IMG/VR virus record: IMGVR_UViG_3300030106_005205
Coordinates: 1-64,000 of that record
Reading direction: 5' to 3' (one strand)
Length of the DNA stretch: 64,000 nucleotides
DNA from: a virus
The notes beneath the pieces were generated by a model. The model was not told the origin of the DNA, ran no database searches, and saw nothing but the letters and a program-made list of their open reading frames with translations. Positions within the stretch are counted from its first letter, which is position 1; each line of letters begins with the position of its first letter. A program made the translations under genes and the position numbers. Shown piece after piece: positions 1 through 9,453 of this stretch.

Positions 1-75
1 ACAACGTTTACTAGTAACAATGGCAGACCTATGAAGATTGCTAATTCAGGTAAGGTTATAAAGGAGCTTTTCTAA

Positions 76-651
76 ATGACTCAGTTTGCAAGGCCCGATA
101 GCGATATATCTTTTCTTAGTGCTGGAGATTTTTTTTGGCGATCCAGCAATGGTGCTGGACAACCGTTGTACCCTACAATAGATGAAGTGGTTGCAGACGA
201 TACAGACTATGCGAGATATCGAGCAGGTGATACTGAATCTGGTTACTCGTACTATAAGTTAGGCTTGAGCGATATTGACGAACCCAGCGATAAGTCTACT
301 TTAAGTATTAGAATAAGAATTCAGAACACAAGCGATTATGGAGATCTAAGACTGTACGAAGGATCAACCTTAATTAAAAGGTTTGATGGCCCCAGTGCTG
401 GATTCGGAACTGGCTCTAAAAGAAATCTTGACTTCGCAATTCCTGAATCTGATGCAAATAACATAACAGACTATACAGATCTGAATCTTTGGATTGGTAT
501 TGACGATGATTCATATGGCTATGCTTACATCTATCAGGTGTATTTAGAGGCTGGGGATGCTGGAGGCAGCACAAAAAAAAGAACTTTTGGTCTCGTGCAA
601 GACATGGGAAATGAATTCAACTTATCAGACGATACAGCTCCTAGCTGTTGA
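76..651 (+). CDS. Hypothetical protein, probably virion-associated (beta-rich, Asp/Tyr-rich)
   Basis: 191-aa ORF with AAGGAG RBS at 61-66; composition resembles phage structural accessory domains. Confidence 0.5.
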   Translation: MTQFARPDSDISFLSAGDFFWRSSNGAGQPLYPTIDEVVADDTDYARYRAGDTESGYSYYKLGLSDIDEPSDKSTLSIRIRIQNTSDYGDLRLYEGSTLIKRFDGPSAGFGTGSKRNLDFAIPESDANNITDYTDLNLWIGIDDDSYGYAYIYQVYLEAGDAGGSTKKRTFGLVQDMGNEFNLSDDTAPSC

Positions 652-673
652 TTAATATGGAGTTATAAATATA

Positions 674-967
674 ATGGTTCATCCAAACTTTTTTACTGGT
701 TCAAAAACAGGAATCGAAACAACTGCAGTAGCAATAACAGATACAGATTTGCATTGTAAAAGAGGAATACAGATTGTAGCAGATTCAAGCAATTCAAACT
801 CTTTATATATAGGAAATGATAGTTCAGTGACTGCTGGAACGGCAGAAGCTACTGATGGCTATCCATTAGCTGCTGGAGAAAGTATAGTTCTTCCAGTTAC
901 AGATCCCAACACTGTCTTTGTTATTGGCCCGGCAGGGACAGGTAAACTATTTTTTGTCTCGGTATAA
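674..967 (+). CDS. Small putative virion protein, paralog of 52442-52735
   Basis: Shared motifs NFxTGSK, K[RK]GIQ[IV]VAD, YIG, VTAGT, TDGYPLxAG; GGAG RBS. Confidence 0.6.
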   Translation: MVHPNFFTGSKTGIETTAVAITDTDLHCKRGIQIVADSSNSNSLYIGNDSSVTAGTAEATDGYPLAAGESIVLPVTDPNTVFVIGPAGTGKLFFVSV

Positions 968-969
968 TT

Positions 970-1278
970 ATGAAATTCTATAGAAATGCAGTCTATGTCC
1001 TTGCAACTCTTTGTTTTTTTAACATGTTGCAGAGTGCATATGTATATAAGAAGTTAGTACAAATAGAACAAAAAGAACATAAGATAGATGTTAGAGTTCC
1101 TATTTCAGAAGACCTAAAAGAATTACCTTTACATAGTAGGCTTAGAGATTCACAAATAATGCAAGCAATCCTTATGACCCATCATCAAATAGGTGTTCAT
1201 GAGCCCGGCTCACAACCAATGTGTCCTTCTTGTCAAAAAGCAGGCCTAAAAACAGTAACTCTAGAAAGCAACAACTAA
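970..1278 (+). CDS. Hypothetical protein with N-terminal hydrophobic segment and C-terminal CxxC
   Basis: AVYVLATLCFFNML hydrophobic stretch; HHxxxxH...CPSC. Confidence 0.5.
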   Translation: MKFYRNAVYVLATLCFFNMLQSAYVYKKLVQIEQKEHKIDVRVPISEDLKELPLHSRLRDSQIMQAILMTHHQIGVHEPGSQPMCPSCQKAGLKTVTLESNN

Positions 1279-3224
1279 TGAGCTTTATAACAAATATATC
1301 GACTACTCCCATAACTGGAATTTACGACGAAGATGGTAAACCTTCAGGTATAAATGAGGTGGGGACTACAACTTCTAAATTCAGCTCAGTTACTGATGCA
1401 ACAACAAACTTAGTTCCATCAACATATGCTAGTGGAATATCTAATTCTAGTTCATATCCATTTTCAAACTCAGGTCTAACAGTGTACGGACCGAATATGG
1501 TCACTGGCCTTAAAGTATCAAGTGACTCATCAAATATTGCGCCAAATTATTCAAAGGGTAATGTTTCGACACAACTTCTAACTAGTCTTCGCGAAGGAGA
1601 CTGGGACAGATTTAACGGATGGAGAGAGCCTATAAACTCTTCACTGGCTAGAGGATTTGCAACAATCAATCCATTAGAAACTGGAATGAACATTTCTTCT
1701 AATAAAAATATATCTCCAGACAGAGGAAACAAAAAAACTTCTGTCAGCTTTCTTGCTCCGGGTGCTGCAAACCCAGTTCAAGCCCCGATTGGCGTTCCTA
1801 TAGACGATGATTGCAACAATTGTCCATACACTCTAGAAGATGAGAAGCCTACATATGCCCCAAAAATTCGAAAGTGTGACGTTTGGGCTAGCGAACTGAG
1901 CTGTTTTCCCGAAGAGTTTGTCACTAGATCTTTGTTTTCTGGAGTTATTCCTGCATATAATGACGATGGGTTTAATTATTTTGTAACCGGATATTTTGTC
2001 ATTGACTGGACATATCTCAATATTGGTGGTGGTGCAGACTATGGGCCCCCAGAAAGAGGTGGTCCGACGACCCCAAATGAAGACCAGTATGACCCTTTAT
2101 TTTATGACTACTTTAAAGTGCCTTCTATTGAAGAACACGAACAACTACTTCAGATATTCAACGCGTGTTTGAGCTGCATTGACGATATAGAAGAAAAAGT
2201 TGGTAGAGAATGTACGTGGGGGTATATGCTTGGCGATACAACGCTTACACAAGTTTATTATGTAGGAGATTCCGACACGATAGGCAATAATGCTGAACAG
2301 TCTGGAATAAAATGGACAGGCTGGTGTGCAGAGCATGATAAAAAGAATTTTATGGACCAAACTTTTTATGAGGTTTCTCCGGGGTGTAACAATGGAAGTC
2401 CTCCAATAACACAGCTTGTTGGATGTACAGAGGTTAACACAGGCTTATTTGAGCCCGCAGACTGCATATCTAACCCTTTAGATTATATACGTGATATTGA
2501 GGGACCTTATGGTTGTCGTTGTAAAAATAGATATGATGCAGGATTTTCAAAGAGAAGTAACTGTGCAGGAAGTATGGCAGGAGACATTGATGGAACTCAG
2601 AATATGACCCACCTATCTTCAAAAATACTGTCAGATTGGGATGCTATCATTACAAGCGGAAGCTCGAACTGTTCTACTATGGTTAATATAGTAGACCCAT
2701 ATACTTGCTCTAGAATTGAAGAAGAAGACGGAGAACCAAAATTGTACGTTCCTTGGCCAACAGGATTGACTCCTGAAGGGGCTACAATCTCAGGAGGAGA
2801 TGTCACTGGATATGCAGATCCATATTGGAATGACAACTATTGTGACTTTGTAGTGGGAGTTAGAGAAATAGTAAAAGTAGAAGCTGACGAATGTGCAGAT
2901 CAAGGCTTAAATTGTGGAGGGCTCGAAGCGTTTCAAGCTAGTGGAAATGTGATAGAGTACCCATTCTATAAATTACAGGTTGCTAAAAACATCCAAACTG
3001 ATTTTAACTACTTCGAATCGAGTACAGAATGCATCAGAGCAAACTCTCCTACGCCAACAGGAACTGGAGAAGACCCTTGTGGCTCTGACTGTGTGTGGAT
3101 GTGGGATGGTTCTGATTGGTATGTGTCCAGTAGCGGAGAAAATTGTTTAGACTGTGGAACGGGCCCATCAAGTCCGGGAGGGATGATTAATGACGTAATA
3201 AGTCATCCATGTGACTGTAGTTAA
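1278..3224 (+). CDS. Large protein: Ser/Thr-rich N-terminus plus Cys-rich acidic C-terminal region, probably virion-exposed
   Basis: Start placed at TAATG overlap with upstream stop; about 26 Cys, all after roughly residue 178. Confidence 0.55.
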   Translation: MSFITNISTTPITGIYDEDGKPSGINEVGTTTSKFSSVTDATTNLVPSTYASGISNSSSYPFSNSGLTVYGPNMVTGLKVSSDSSNIAPNYSKGNVSTQLLTSLREGDWDRFNGWREPINSSLARGFATINPLETGMNISSNKNISPDRGNKKTSVSFLAPGAANPVQAPIGVPIDDDCNNCPYTLEDEKPTYAPKIRKCDVWASELSCFPEEFVTRSLFSGVIPAYNDDGFNYFVTGYFVIDWTYLNIGGGADYGPPERGGPTTPNEDQYDPLFYDYFKVPSIEEHEQLLQIFNACLSCIDDIEEKVGRECTWGYMLGDTTLTQVYYVGDSDTIGNNAEQSGIKWTGWCAEHDKKNFMDQTFYEVSPGCNNGSPPITQLVGCTEVNTGLFEPADCISNPLDYIRDIEGPYGCRCKNRYDAGFSKRSNCAGSMAGDIDGTQNMTHLSSKILSDWDAIITSGSSNCSTMVNIVDPYTCSRIEEEDGEPKLYVPWPTGLTPEGATISGGDVTGYADPYWNDNYCDFVVGVREIVKVEADECADQGLNCGGLEAFQASGNVIEYPFYKLQVAKNIQTDFNYFESSTECIRANSPTPTGTGEDPCGSDCVWMWDGSDWYVSSSGENCLDCGTGPSSPGGMINDVISHPCDCS

Positions 3225-3242
3225 TTTTTTGGAGAATTATTA

Positions 3243-3929
3243 GTGGCTAGAAGAAAAAAGACAACCACACAAAGTGAAAGGCCTCAGAGAAGGAAGTCTT
3301 TAAAGGCAAAAACCGAAAACCAACAGATTTATATAGATGAAATGATTGATGAGGATGTCACATTCTGCTCTGGCCCTGCAGGATCAGGTAAAACTAGCGT
3401 AGCAGTAGGACTGGCATGTGAGTATCTTATGTCAGAAAAAGTAAAAAAGATAATTATAACTAGGCCTGTTGTGGAATCTGGAAGAGGATTGGGACATTTG
3501 CCGGGAACCCTCATAGAAAAAATAAATCCTTATCTAGTTCCGATCATTGAAGAAATGAATATGTATCTGACACCTACTAGGGTAGATACTCTAAGAGATA
3601 ATGGAACTATAGAGCTCTGCCCCCTAGAGTACATGAGAGGAAGAAACTTCCACGAATGCTTTATGATTCTTGATGAAGCGCAGAATGCTACGTTTGAACA
3701 AATAAAAATGTTTATAACAAGGATAGGAAGAAATTCTAAAGCTGTCATAAATGGAGATCTTAAACAAACAGATCTAGGAAATGCTAGTGGAGGGCTTGAA
3801 AGATGCATGGACACTCTTGAGCTAGTTGAGGGTGTTGGAGTTTGCGAATTAGATTATTCTGATATTATTCGCAGTGGTATTGTTGCCAGAATTCTTAAAA
3901 AATTACATACCTTTGAAGGCTCTAATTAA
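3243..3929 (+). CDS. phoH: PhoH family ATPase
   Basis: GPAGSGKT Walker A, ITRPVVE, LGHLPG, YMRGRNF, ILDEAQN, GDLKQTD. Confidence 0.95.
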   Translation: MARRKKTTTQSERPQRRKSLKAKTENQQIYIDEMIDEDVTFCSGPAGSGKTSVAVGLACEYLMSEKVKKIIITRPVVESGRGLGHLPGTLIEKINPYLVPIIEEMNMYLTPTRVDTLRDNGTIELCPLEYMRGRNFHECFMILDEAQNATFEQIKMFITRIGRNSKAVINGDLKQTDLGNASGGLERCMDTLELVEGVGVCELDYSDIIRSGIVARILKKLHTFEGSN

Positions 3930-3937
3930 TCAATATC

Positions 3938-3946
3938 TGTTATAAT
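3938..3946 (+). promoter_or_regulatory. Extended -10 promoter (TGnTATAAT) at the head of the replication gene run
   Basis: TGTTATAAT in the AT-rich gap after phoH, followed by AAGGA RBS and ATG 3976. Confidence 0.55.
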
Positions 3947-3975
3947 AGTATAACTACTTTTATAAAGGAAAATAA

Positions 3976-4173
3976 ATGAGCAGGTATGTATATCAATATA
4001 TAAATAGTGCAAATAACAATCCTCCACCGTTGTCTAACTGGAGACTTGTGGTATTAGATGTAAATGAAGATGCAAAAATGCTTTCTGATTCAAAGATTGT
4101 ATTTGAAAGTCCGTGCTGCGAAACTAGAGAAGAATGTGATGTCTATCGCAAGGAGTTTGATTCTTATGCCTGA
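3976..4173 (+). CDS. Hypothetical protein
   Basis: 65-aa ORF with RBS; overlaps next start. Confidence 0.5.
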   Translation: MSRYVYQYINSANNNPPPLSNWRLVVLDVNEDAKMLSDSKIVFESPCCETREECDVYRKEFDSYA

Positions 4174-4543
4174 ATATAGCTATCTTTGTGATAACTGTGG
4201 ATATAAATGGTCTATCTTTTGCCATATGTCAAAGTATAAGAGTCGAAAGAAATGTCCAAGTTGCGGCAAAATAAAAAGTGTTCACAGAGACTATGAAGAG
4301 GATGAAGTCTATGGCAGCTATAGCTACTCGTTATCTGAAACGAAAACGCTTGGTCACTATGCTGATAAACAAGCCGAAAAGCTAGGCAAGAGCAGAGTTG
4401 AAGATATGATCCAAGAACAGAAAACAAAAACAAAAGATACTTTGTCAGACAAACTTACCGATGGGATGAGTAAAATGGATCGTCCCAAAGATGCCAAGAA
4501 TTGGACAAAGGAAAAGAAATCTAAAAGAAAGAGGAACAAGTAA
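4166..4543 (+). CDS. FmdB-family zinc-ribbon protein
   Basis: MPEYSYLCDNCG...CPSCG; AGGAG at 4151 supports ATG 4166. Confidence 0.75.
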   Translation: MPEYSYLCDNCGYKWSIFCHMSKYKSRKKCPSCGKIKSVHRDYEEDEVYGSYSYSLSETKTLGHYADKQAEKLGKSRVEDMIQEQKTKTKDTLSDKLTDGMSKMDRPKDAKNWTKEKKSKRKRNK

Positions 4544-4923
4544 TGGAGTTTGTAATTAATCAAGACAAAGAAGAAAATAACGATTCTTCTACAGACGTAT
4601 TTACAATCTACGGCAAGCAAGAGTTTCAAGACTCAAATGGTTTTCCTCGTCTAGAAGAAAGCAATGAAGACCATGCAGATGCATACGCTAAAAAAATTGT
4701 TGTAGGAAGAAGAACCAAATACTATGTAAAGCGTGGTCGATATGGGCGTCTATATAATCCAATTGGTCTGTACTCGGAAGGTACAGCAAGAAAACAGATG
4801 AGACATGCGGGTCGTCCAGAATGGGAGTTCAAAGAAACAACAAAACAAGTATTTGATAAATATATTAACTTTTTAAAGACCAAGAATGTTGCTTGGTTAA
4901 ATAATGCAGAAAGGGATTCATAA
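4543..4923 (+). CDS. Hypothetical protein
   Basis: ORF coupled by TAATG overlaps on both sides. Confidence 0.55.
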   Translation: MEFVINQDKEENNDSSTDVFTIYGKQEFQDSNGFPRLEESNEDHADAYAKKIVVGRRTKYYVKRGRYGRLYNPIGLYSEGTARKQMRHAGRPEWEFKETTKQVFDKYINFLKTKNVAWLNNAERDS

Positions 4924-5228
4924 TGGGAAAACTATCTAATGCAAAAAAATTAACTAAAACAGAACAGTATGCAATTCAAGGAATGTATAGCAATGGGATG
5001 AAACCACCTGCAGTCGCTCAGGCGCTCGGAAGAGACCTAGACTTAGTTTCACAATATATAGAATCTATCGAGCAAGATTCAAAAACTCACACAACAATAA
5101 ATACCACAGCAAATGGTAATCGTGGAGTGGCTATTATGACCGAAGCAAGTTCGCAAAGAGTAGATGCAATGAGAAATCAAGCAGGCAATACACACAAGAA
5201 TACTTCATCTATTCATAAAATTAAATAA
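4923..5228 (+). CDS. Putative helix-turn-helix DNA-binding protein
   Basis: GMKPPAVAQALGRDLDLVSQYI fits an HTH pattern. Confidence 0.5.
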   Translation: MGKLSNAKKLTKTEQYAIQGMYSNGMKPPAVAQALGRDLDLVSQYIESIEQDSKTHTTINTTANGNRGVAIMTEASSQRVDAMRNQAGNTHKNTSSIHKIK

Positions 5229-5662
5229 TGGCGAAAAACAGAACCGATAAAAGTCGCTACCCTTCTCGCTACAGTCCTAATGGTTGGGTCTCTGCTCCAC
5301 AATACATTACTGAACTTGTATGTGAGAAGAAAGCACAAAAGGAAAAGAAAGAGCTCCCAATGAAATTTTGGGAGATTAAAGAATGGTGTAAATATTACAG
5401 GTATCAAATCACTATTGCCAATAAATTGATCAAGGAATTTGGCGAAGAACCTGTTATCGCAGCACTGAGAGACAATCGTTGTTGGTCTACGTATTCTTTA
5501 CGTTCACCATTCTTAAAAAAGATAATTGAAGAAAAATCAAAAGAAGTTATCGAAAGACCGGCGAATACTGAGTATAATATAAAGGACTCAGAAGAGGTCA
5601 AACACAAAACAAACAATACTAAGAAATCAATTATTTCAAAGCTAAGGGATTTAGATGAATAA
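5228..5662 (+). CDS. Hypothetical basic protein in replication operon
   Basis: 144-aa ORF, overlap-coupled to both neighbours. Confidence 0.55.
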   Translation: MAKNRTDKSRYPSRYSPNGWVSAPQYITELVCEKKAQKEKKELPMKFWEIKEWCKYYRYQITIANKLIKEFGEEPVIAALRDNRCWSTYSLRSPFLKKIIEEKSKEVIERPANTEYNIKDSEEVKHKTNNTKKSIISKLRDLDE

Positions 5663-6644
5663 AGACATTGTCAAAGAATATGGCGATGTCCTTCATGATC
5701 CTGCTTCCATTACAGAACGACCGCTTAAGGTTATATCTGTAGGGCCAAAACTAGACATGGCACTTGGTGGTGGAGTTCCTGAAGGATCACTGTTTATTAT
5801 GACAGGGCCAGAAAAGGTAGGAAAAACCGTAACAGCATTAACATTCTGTGCAAATGCTCAGAAGTATCATAATCGTCAGATATATTATGCGAATATTGAA
5901 GGTCGTCTTAAAAAGCGCGACTTAGAAGGAATCTCAGATCTTGATTTAGATCCAGAAAAGATGAGCATTATTGCTTCAACTGAAGGGAATATTCTTTCTG
6001 CTGAAAAGTATCTAGGAATTATTGATAACATTGTACATACTCAACCGGGAGCATGTGCTGTTGTTGACTCGTTCTCAGCATTATCGAGCGAATCGGAACT
6101 AACAGGAAGCCTATCAGACAATCAGGTTATGTCTGTACAGAAGATTCTAGCCAAATTCTGCCGTAGAGTTTCCAATGTACTTCCAATTAATAGAGTTACT
6201 GTTATTGGTATTACGCATCTAATGGCAAATGTCAATAGGTTTGGTAGGGGAAAAACAAAAGTAGAGAAGTCTGGCTCGGCATTAAAGTATCAGGTGGATG
6301 TTAAGCTTCACGCTACACACTCAACGCCTTTAATGCAAGGAGAGACTCAAATTGGCCAGACGATTCATTGGCAAATTGTAACTTCTGCAATCGGACCTCC
6401 CGGCCAAAAGGTTGAAAGCCATATCAGATACGGTAAAGGGATCTGGAAAGAAATGGAGCTTGCGGATTTACTTATTGATTTCGGCTTGATCTCTAAAGCT
6501 GGTGCTTGGCTGAAGCTTCCTGATGGTGAAAAGGTTCAGGGTAAAGCAAACTTTGCACAGTATCTTGAAGACAACCCAGAGAAGTATAGTGAATACAGTA
6601 AACAAGTATTTGAGATGGTTGGCATTGCACAACCAGAAGATTAG
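5655..6644 (+). CDS. recA: RecA/UvsX-like recombinase
   Basis: LDMALGGGVPEG, GPEKVGKT Walker A, VVDSFSAL Walker B, SGSALKY, ISKAGAWL. Confidence 0.9.
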   Translation: MNKDIVKEYGDVLHDPASITERPLKVISVGPKLDMALGGGVPEGSLFIMTGPEKVGKTVTALTFCANAQKYHNRQIYYANIEGRLKKRDLEGISDLDLDPEKMSIIASTEGNILSAEKYLGIIDNIVHTQPGACAVVDSFSALSSESELTGSLSDNQVMSVQKILAKFCRRVSNVLPINRVTVIGITHLMANVNRFGRGKTKVEKSGSALKYQVDVKLHATHSTPLMQGETQIGQTIHWQIVTSAIGPPGQKVESHIRYGKGIWKEMELADLLIDFGLISKAGAWLKLPDGEKVQGKANFAQYLEDNPEKYSEYSKQVFEMVGIAQPED

Positions 6645-6697
6645 ATCGAGTTTCATGTAGCTATCTAGTTCAGTCTAGATTCATCTCTTCAACTCGA
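6641..6697 (+). ncRNA. Structured intergenic element, copy 1 (stem, symmetric internal loop, stem-loop)
   Basis: TCGAGTT/AACTCGA outer stem, ATCTAG/CTAGAT inner stem; ungapped 37/57 match to 15021-15077. Confidence 0.55.
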
Positions 6698-6710
6698 AAT
6701 AGGAGCAAAG

Positions 6711-7127
6711 ATGAAAATCAGAGACTTAAATAACGAGCAACATAGCTGGAGTTTATCTGGTTATGTGATCAAAGCCAATGACACTCGTCCTCGCTCCAAA
6801 TTACATCTGACAGCTAGGGATCTGCTCAAAGAGCTTTTTCCTACTGTTCAGATTTTAGAGGAGGTGCTCGTACCATTAACTAGAAACGAGCGAGCTTATT
6901 TTGATTTCTATATCAGTACAATTAAGCTTGTTGTAGAAGTCCACGGCGAACAACATTACAGATTTAATTCCATGTTTCATTCTTCTGCACAAGATTTTGC
7001 GAATCAGAGAAGAAAGGACATGCGAAAACAAGACTGGTGTGAGTATAATAATATTACATACGTGGAACTACCGTACAATGAGAAAGTTGAAGAATGGAAA
7101 AGTCGAATACTCCAACGGAACGATTAA
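6711..7127 (+). CDS. DUF559/Vsr-like endonuclease
   Basis: EE...YFDFY...LVVEVHGEQHY...DxxKxxWC pattern. Confidence 0.7.
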   Translation: MKIRDLNNEQHSWSLSGYVIKANDTRPRSKLHLTARDLLKELFPTVQILEEVLVPLTRNERAYFDFYISTIKLVVEVHGEQHYRFNSMFHSSAQDFANQRRKDMRKQDWCEYNNITYVELPYNEKVEEWKSRILQRND

Positions 7128-7582
7128 ATAAATTAGACGAAATCTTAGATCAATATGAATCAGGCTTAGGACTCTCCGCATATTCTAATAATTTTCATGA
7201 CGATTCAGTTCATGAACTAATGAATATGCCTCGGCAGCAAATGGAAAAGCTCACTGTAGATCAGTGTGCTGAAGCTGCACTTGCACTCGGAGGATTCTCG
7301 TTTTATCTGCAAAGATCTTATAATCGAGAAGTAGCAAGGGTTAACTGGGCGGAAGGCGCTATTAGAAGCGTCATCTCAGGAAGAGAGAGTCAATACAGAG
7401 GGTCGTGGGATAGTCAATATTATCAGGCTGCTAATGAAGACGGGTATACTAAAAAGCTTTTAGCTATTAAAAAGTATGCTCAGCAGCGAGCTGATAGATT
7501 GACTTATCTCGCATCCTCGACTAAAAATTTAAGTGACTTGTACATTAACCTTCAAAGAGCAAAGATAAATAGAAATGGATAA
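7094..7582 (+). CDS. Helical protein, possibly UvsY-like recombination mediator
   Basis: All-helical coiled-coil pattern; located near recA (inference). Confidence 0.35.
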   Translation: MEKSNTPTERLNKLDEILDQYESGLGLSAYSNNFHDDSVHELMNMPRQQMEKLTVDQCAEAALALGGFSFYLQRSYNREVARVNWAEGAIRSVISGRESQYRGSWDSQYYQAANEDGYTKKLLAIKKYAQQRADRLTYLASSTKNLSDLYINLQRAKINRNG

Positions 7583-8009
7583 GAAAGAAGCACTACTAAA
7601 ACTATTAAGTCAATTCTCTGAAGAGGAGATCAACGAGTTGTTATCCGCCAAAGAAGAAGACGATAACGATGGTGTGTTCACTATTAATAAAGATAAGAAA
7701 CGTCGTCGTGGAAAAGGCAAGCGTAAGCGTGGGAATAATAAGAATCAAGAAAACAAAAATACTGATTTTGTAAATAAGTTCGATGAAATGATGGGCAATA
7801 TCTCATTGTCATCTGATGAAAGAAAAGAGCTTGATCAAGCGTCGAAAGCAGATAAAAATGCTAAGCCTAATCCCCTAAGAGGAAAGAGGAATAAAGCAGA
7901 AAAAATAACCATAAAGTGTATTGGTTGTCATAAAGACTTTAAAGTTTATCCATCGTCAGTATATAATAAAGATCGCTGGCGGTGCAACTCGTGTATTTCA
8001 GGAAGATAA
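7575..8009 (+). CDS. Hypothetical protein with C-terminal zinc finger
   Basis: CIGC...CNSC; basic central tract. Confidence 0.55.
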   Translation: MDKKEALLKLLSQFSEEEINELLSAKEEDDNDGVFTINKDKKRRRGKGKRKRGNNKNQENKNTDFVNKFDEMMGNISLSSDERKELDQASKADKNAKPNPLRGKRNKAEKITIKCIGCHKDFKVYPSSVYNKDRWRCNSCISGR

Positions 8010-8010
8010 A

Positions 8011-9453
8011 ATGTTAAGTGATTTACCAGCAGAAAGAGCAATCCTAGCAGGGATTTTTCGTTACGGATCAGAAGCATACTATGATGTCTGTGATATAGTA
8101 TCGGAAAGTACATTCACAGATGAATCTAACTCAGTCTTATATTCATGTATGAAGCATGTTTTAGAAAGAGATGACACTAGGTCGCTGGATGCCCCGACCA
8201 TGATGTCTGCCGCAAAGGAACTTGGCCTTTCTGACTTCTTTAACACGCAAGAAGTACAACATATGTCTTCCGTAATAAAGTTTCCAGTATTGCTTCCTAA
8301 TGTCAGGAAGTTTGCTGCTAAAGTAAGAAAGCTTGAGATTGCACGTATGATGCATGATCAACTTGAGCTTACTCAAGAAAAGTATCTAGAAATCAAAGGT
8401 GATGAGCCTATCGCCAAGATCTTAGGTATGGCCGAGGAAGGTGTCATGGATATTACATCTATGGTAGCTGGTGAAGATGAATCCCCAACTCAAATGTTCA
8501 ATGATGTCGAAGAACATCTAGAAGAGCTTTGCGAAACTCCTGTCGATCAGATTGGTATTTCAACCGGCTTCCCCAGATATGACTATGCCATCGGAGGAGG
8601 TTTTAGAAAGGGAACTGTCAATGTTATTGGGGCAAGACCTAAAACGGGTAAAACATTGCTCGCAGATAATATGGGCATTAACATCGCCAAGCAAGGCATT
8701 CCTGTTCTTAATTTAGATACAGAAATGCGTAAAGAAGATCACCAGCATAGAATGATGGCTATGCTCTCCAAAGTTCCGATTAATGATATTGAAACAGGCG
8801 CTTTTGCCAAAAATCCAGCTACTAAAAAGAAGGTTATGGATGCGGCTAAGGAAGTAAATGATCTTCCTTATTACTTCAAGAGTATTGGAGGAGCGTCTTT
8901 TGAAGAGCAAACATCTATTATGAGAAGATGGATTAGTAGGGTTGTAGGATTAAATGATAAAGGAAAAGCAAACGACTGCGTGATAATTTATGATTATCTA
9001 AAGTTGATGGATTCCGCCGAAATAAAAGGCGACATGAAAGAATTTCAGATTCTTGGATTTATGATTACCGCCCTACATAATCTGTCCCTCAAATATGAGG
9101 TTCCTATTTTAACTTTTATACAGCTCAATAGAGATGGTATTACTAAAGAGTCAACAGACACTGCTTCTGGCTCTGACAGAATCATCTGGTTATGCTCTAA
9201 CTTTACAATCTACAAACGTAAATCAGACGAAGAGATTGCAAAGGATGGCCCAGAGAATGGCAATAGGAAACTTGTTCCTGTGATTTCAAGGCATGGAGAA
9301 GGCATACAGCCCGGAGACTATATAAATGCTGAACTAAAAGGTCAGTATGCTATGGTTGTTGAAGGTAAGACAGCTTTTGAATTAGACAATGGTTATGACA
9401 ACGATAGTGACGGAGATTACTTTGGCGATGACGAAGACGTTCCATTTAAATAA
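8011..9453 (+). CDS. dnaB: Replicative DNA helicase
   Basis: AERAILAG N-domain, GISTGF, GARPKTGKT, IIYDYLKLM, QLNR. Confidence 0.92.
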   Translation: MLSDLPAERAILAGIFRYGSEAYYDVCDIVSESTFTDESNSVLYSCMKHVLERDDTRSLDAPTMMSAAKELGLSDFFNTQEVQHMSSVIKFPVLLPNVRKFAAKVRKLEIARMMHDQLELTQEKYLEIKGDEPIAKILGMAEEGVMDITSMVAGEDESPTQMFNDVEEHLEELCETPVDQIGISTGFPRYDYAIGGGFRKGTVNVIGARPKTGKTLLADNMGINIAKQGIPVLNLDTEMRKEDHQHRMMAMLSKVPINDIETGAFAKNPATKKKVMDAAKEVNDLPYYFKSIGGASFEEQTSIMRRWISRVVGLNDKGKANDCVIIYDYLKLMDSAEIKGDMKEFQILGFMITALHNLSLKYEVPILTFIQLNRDGITKESTDTASGSDRIIWLCSNFTIYKRKSDEEIAKDGPENGNRKLVPVISRHGEGIQPGDYINAELKGQYAMVVEGKTAFELDNGYDNDSDGDYFGDDEDVPFK

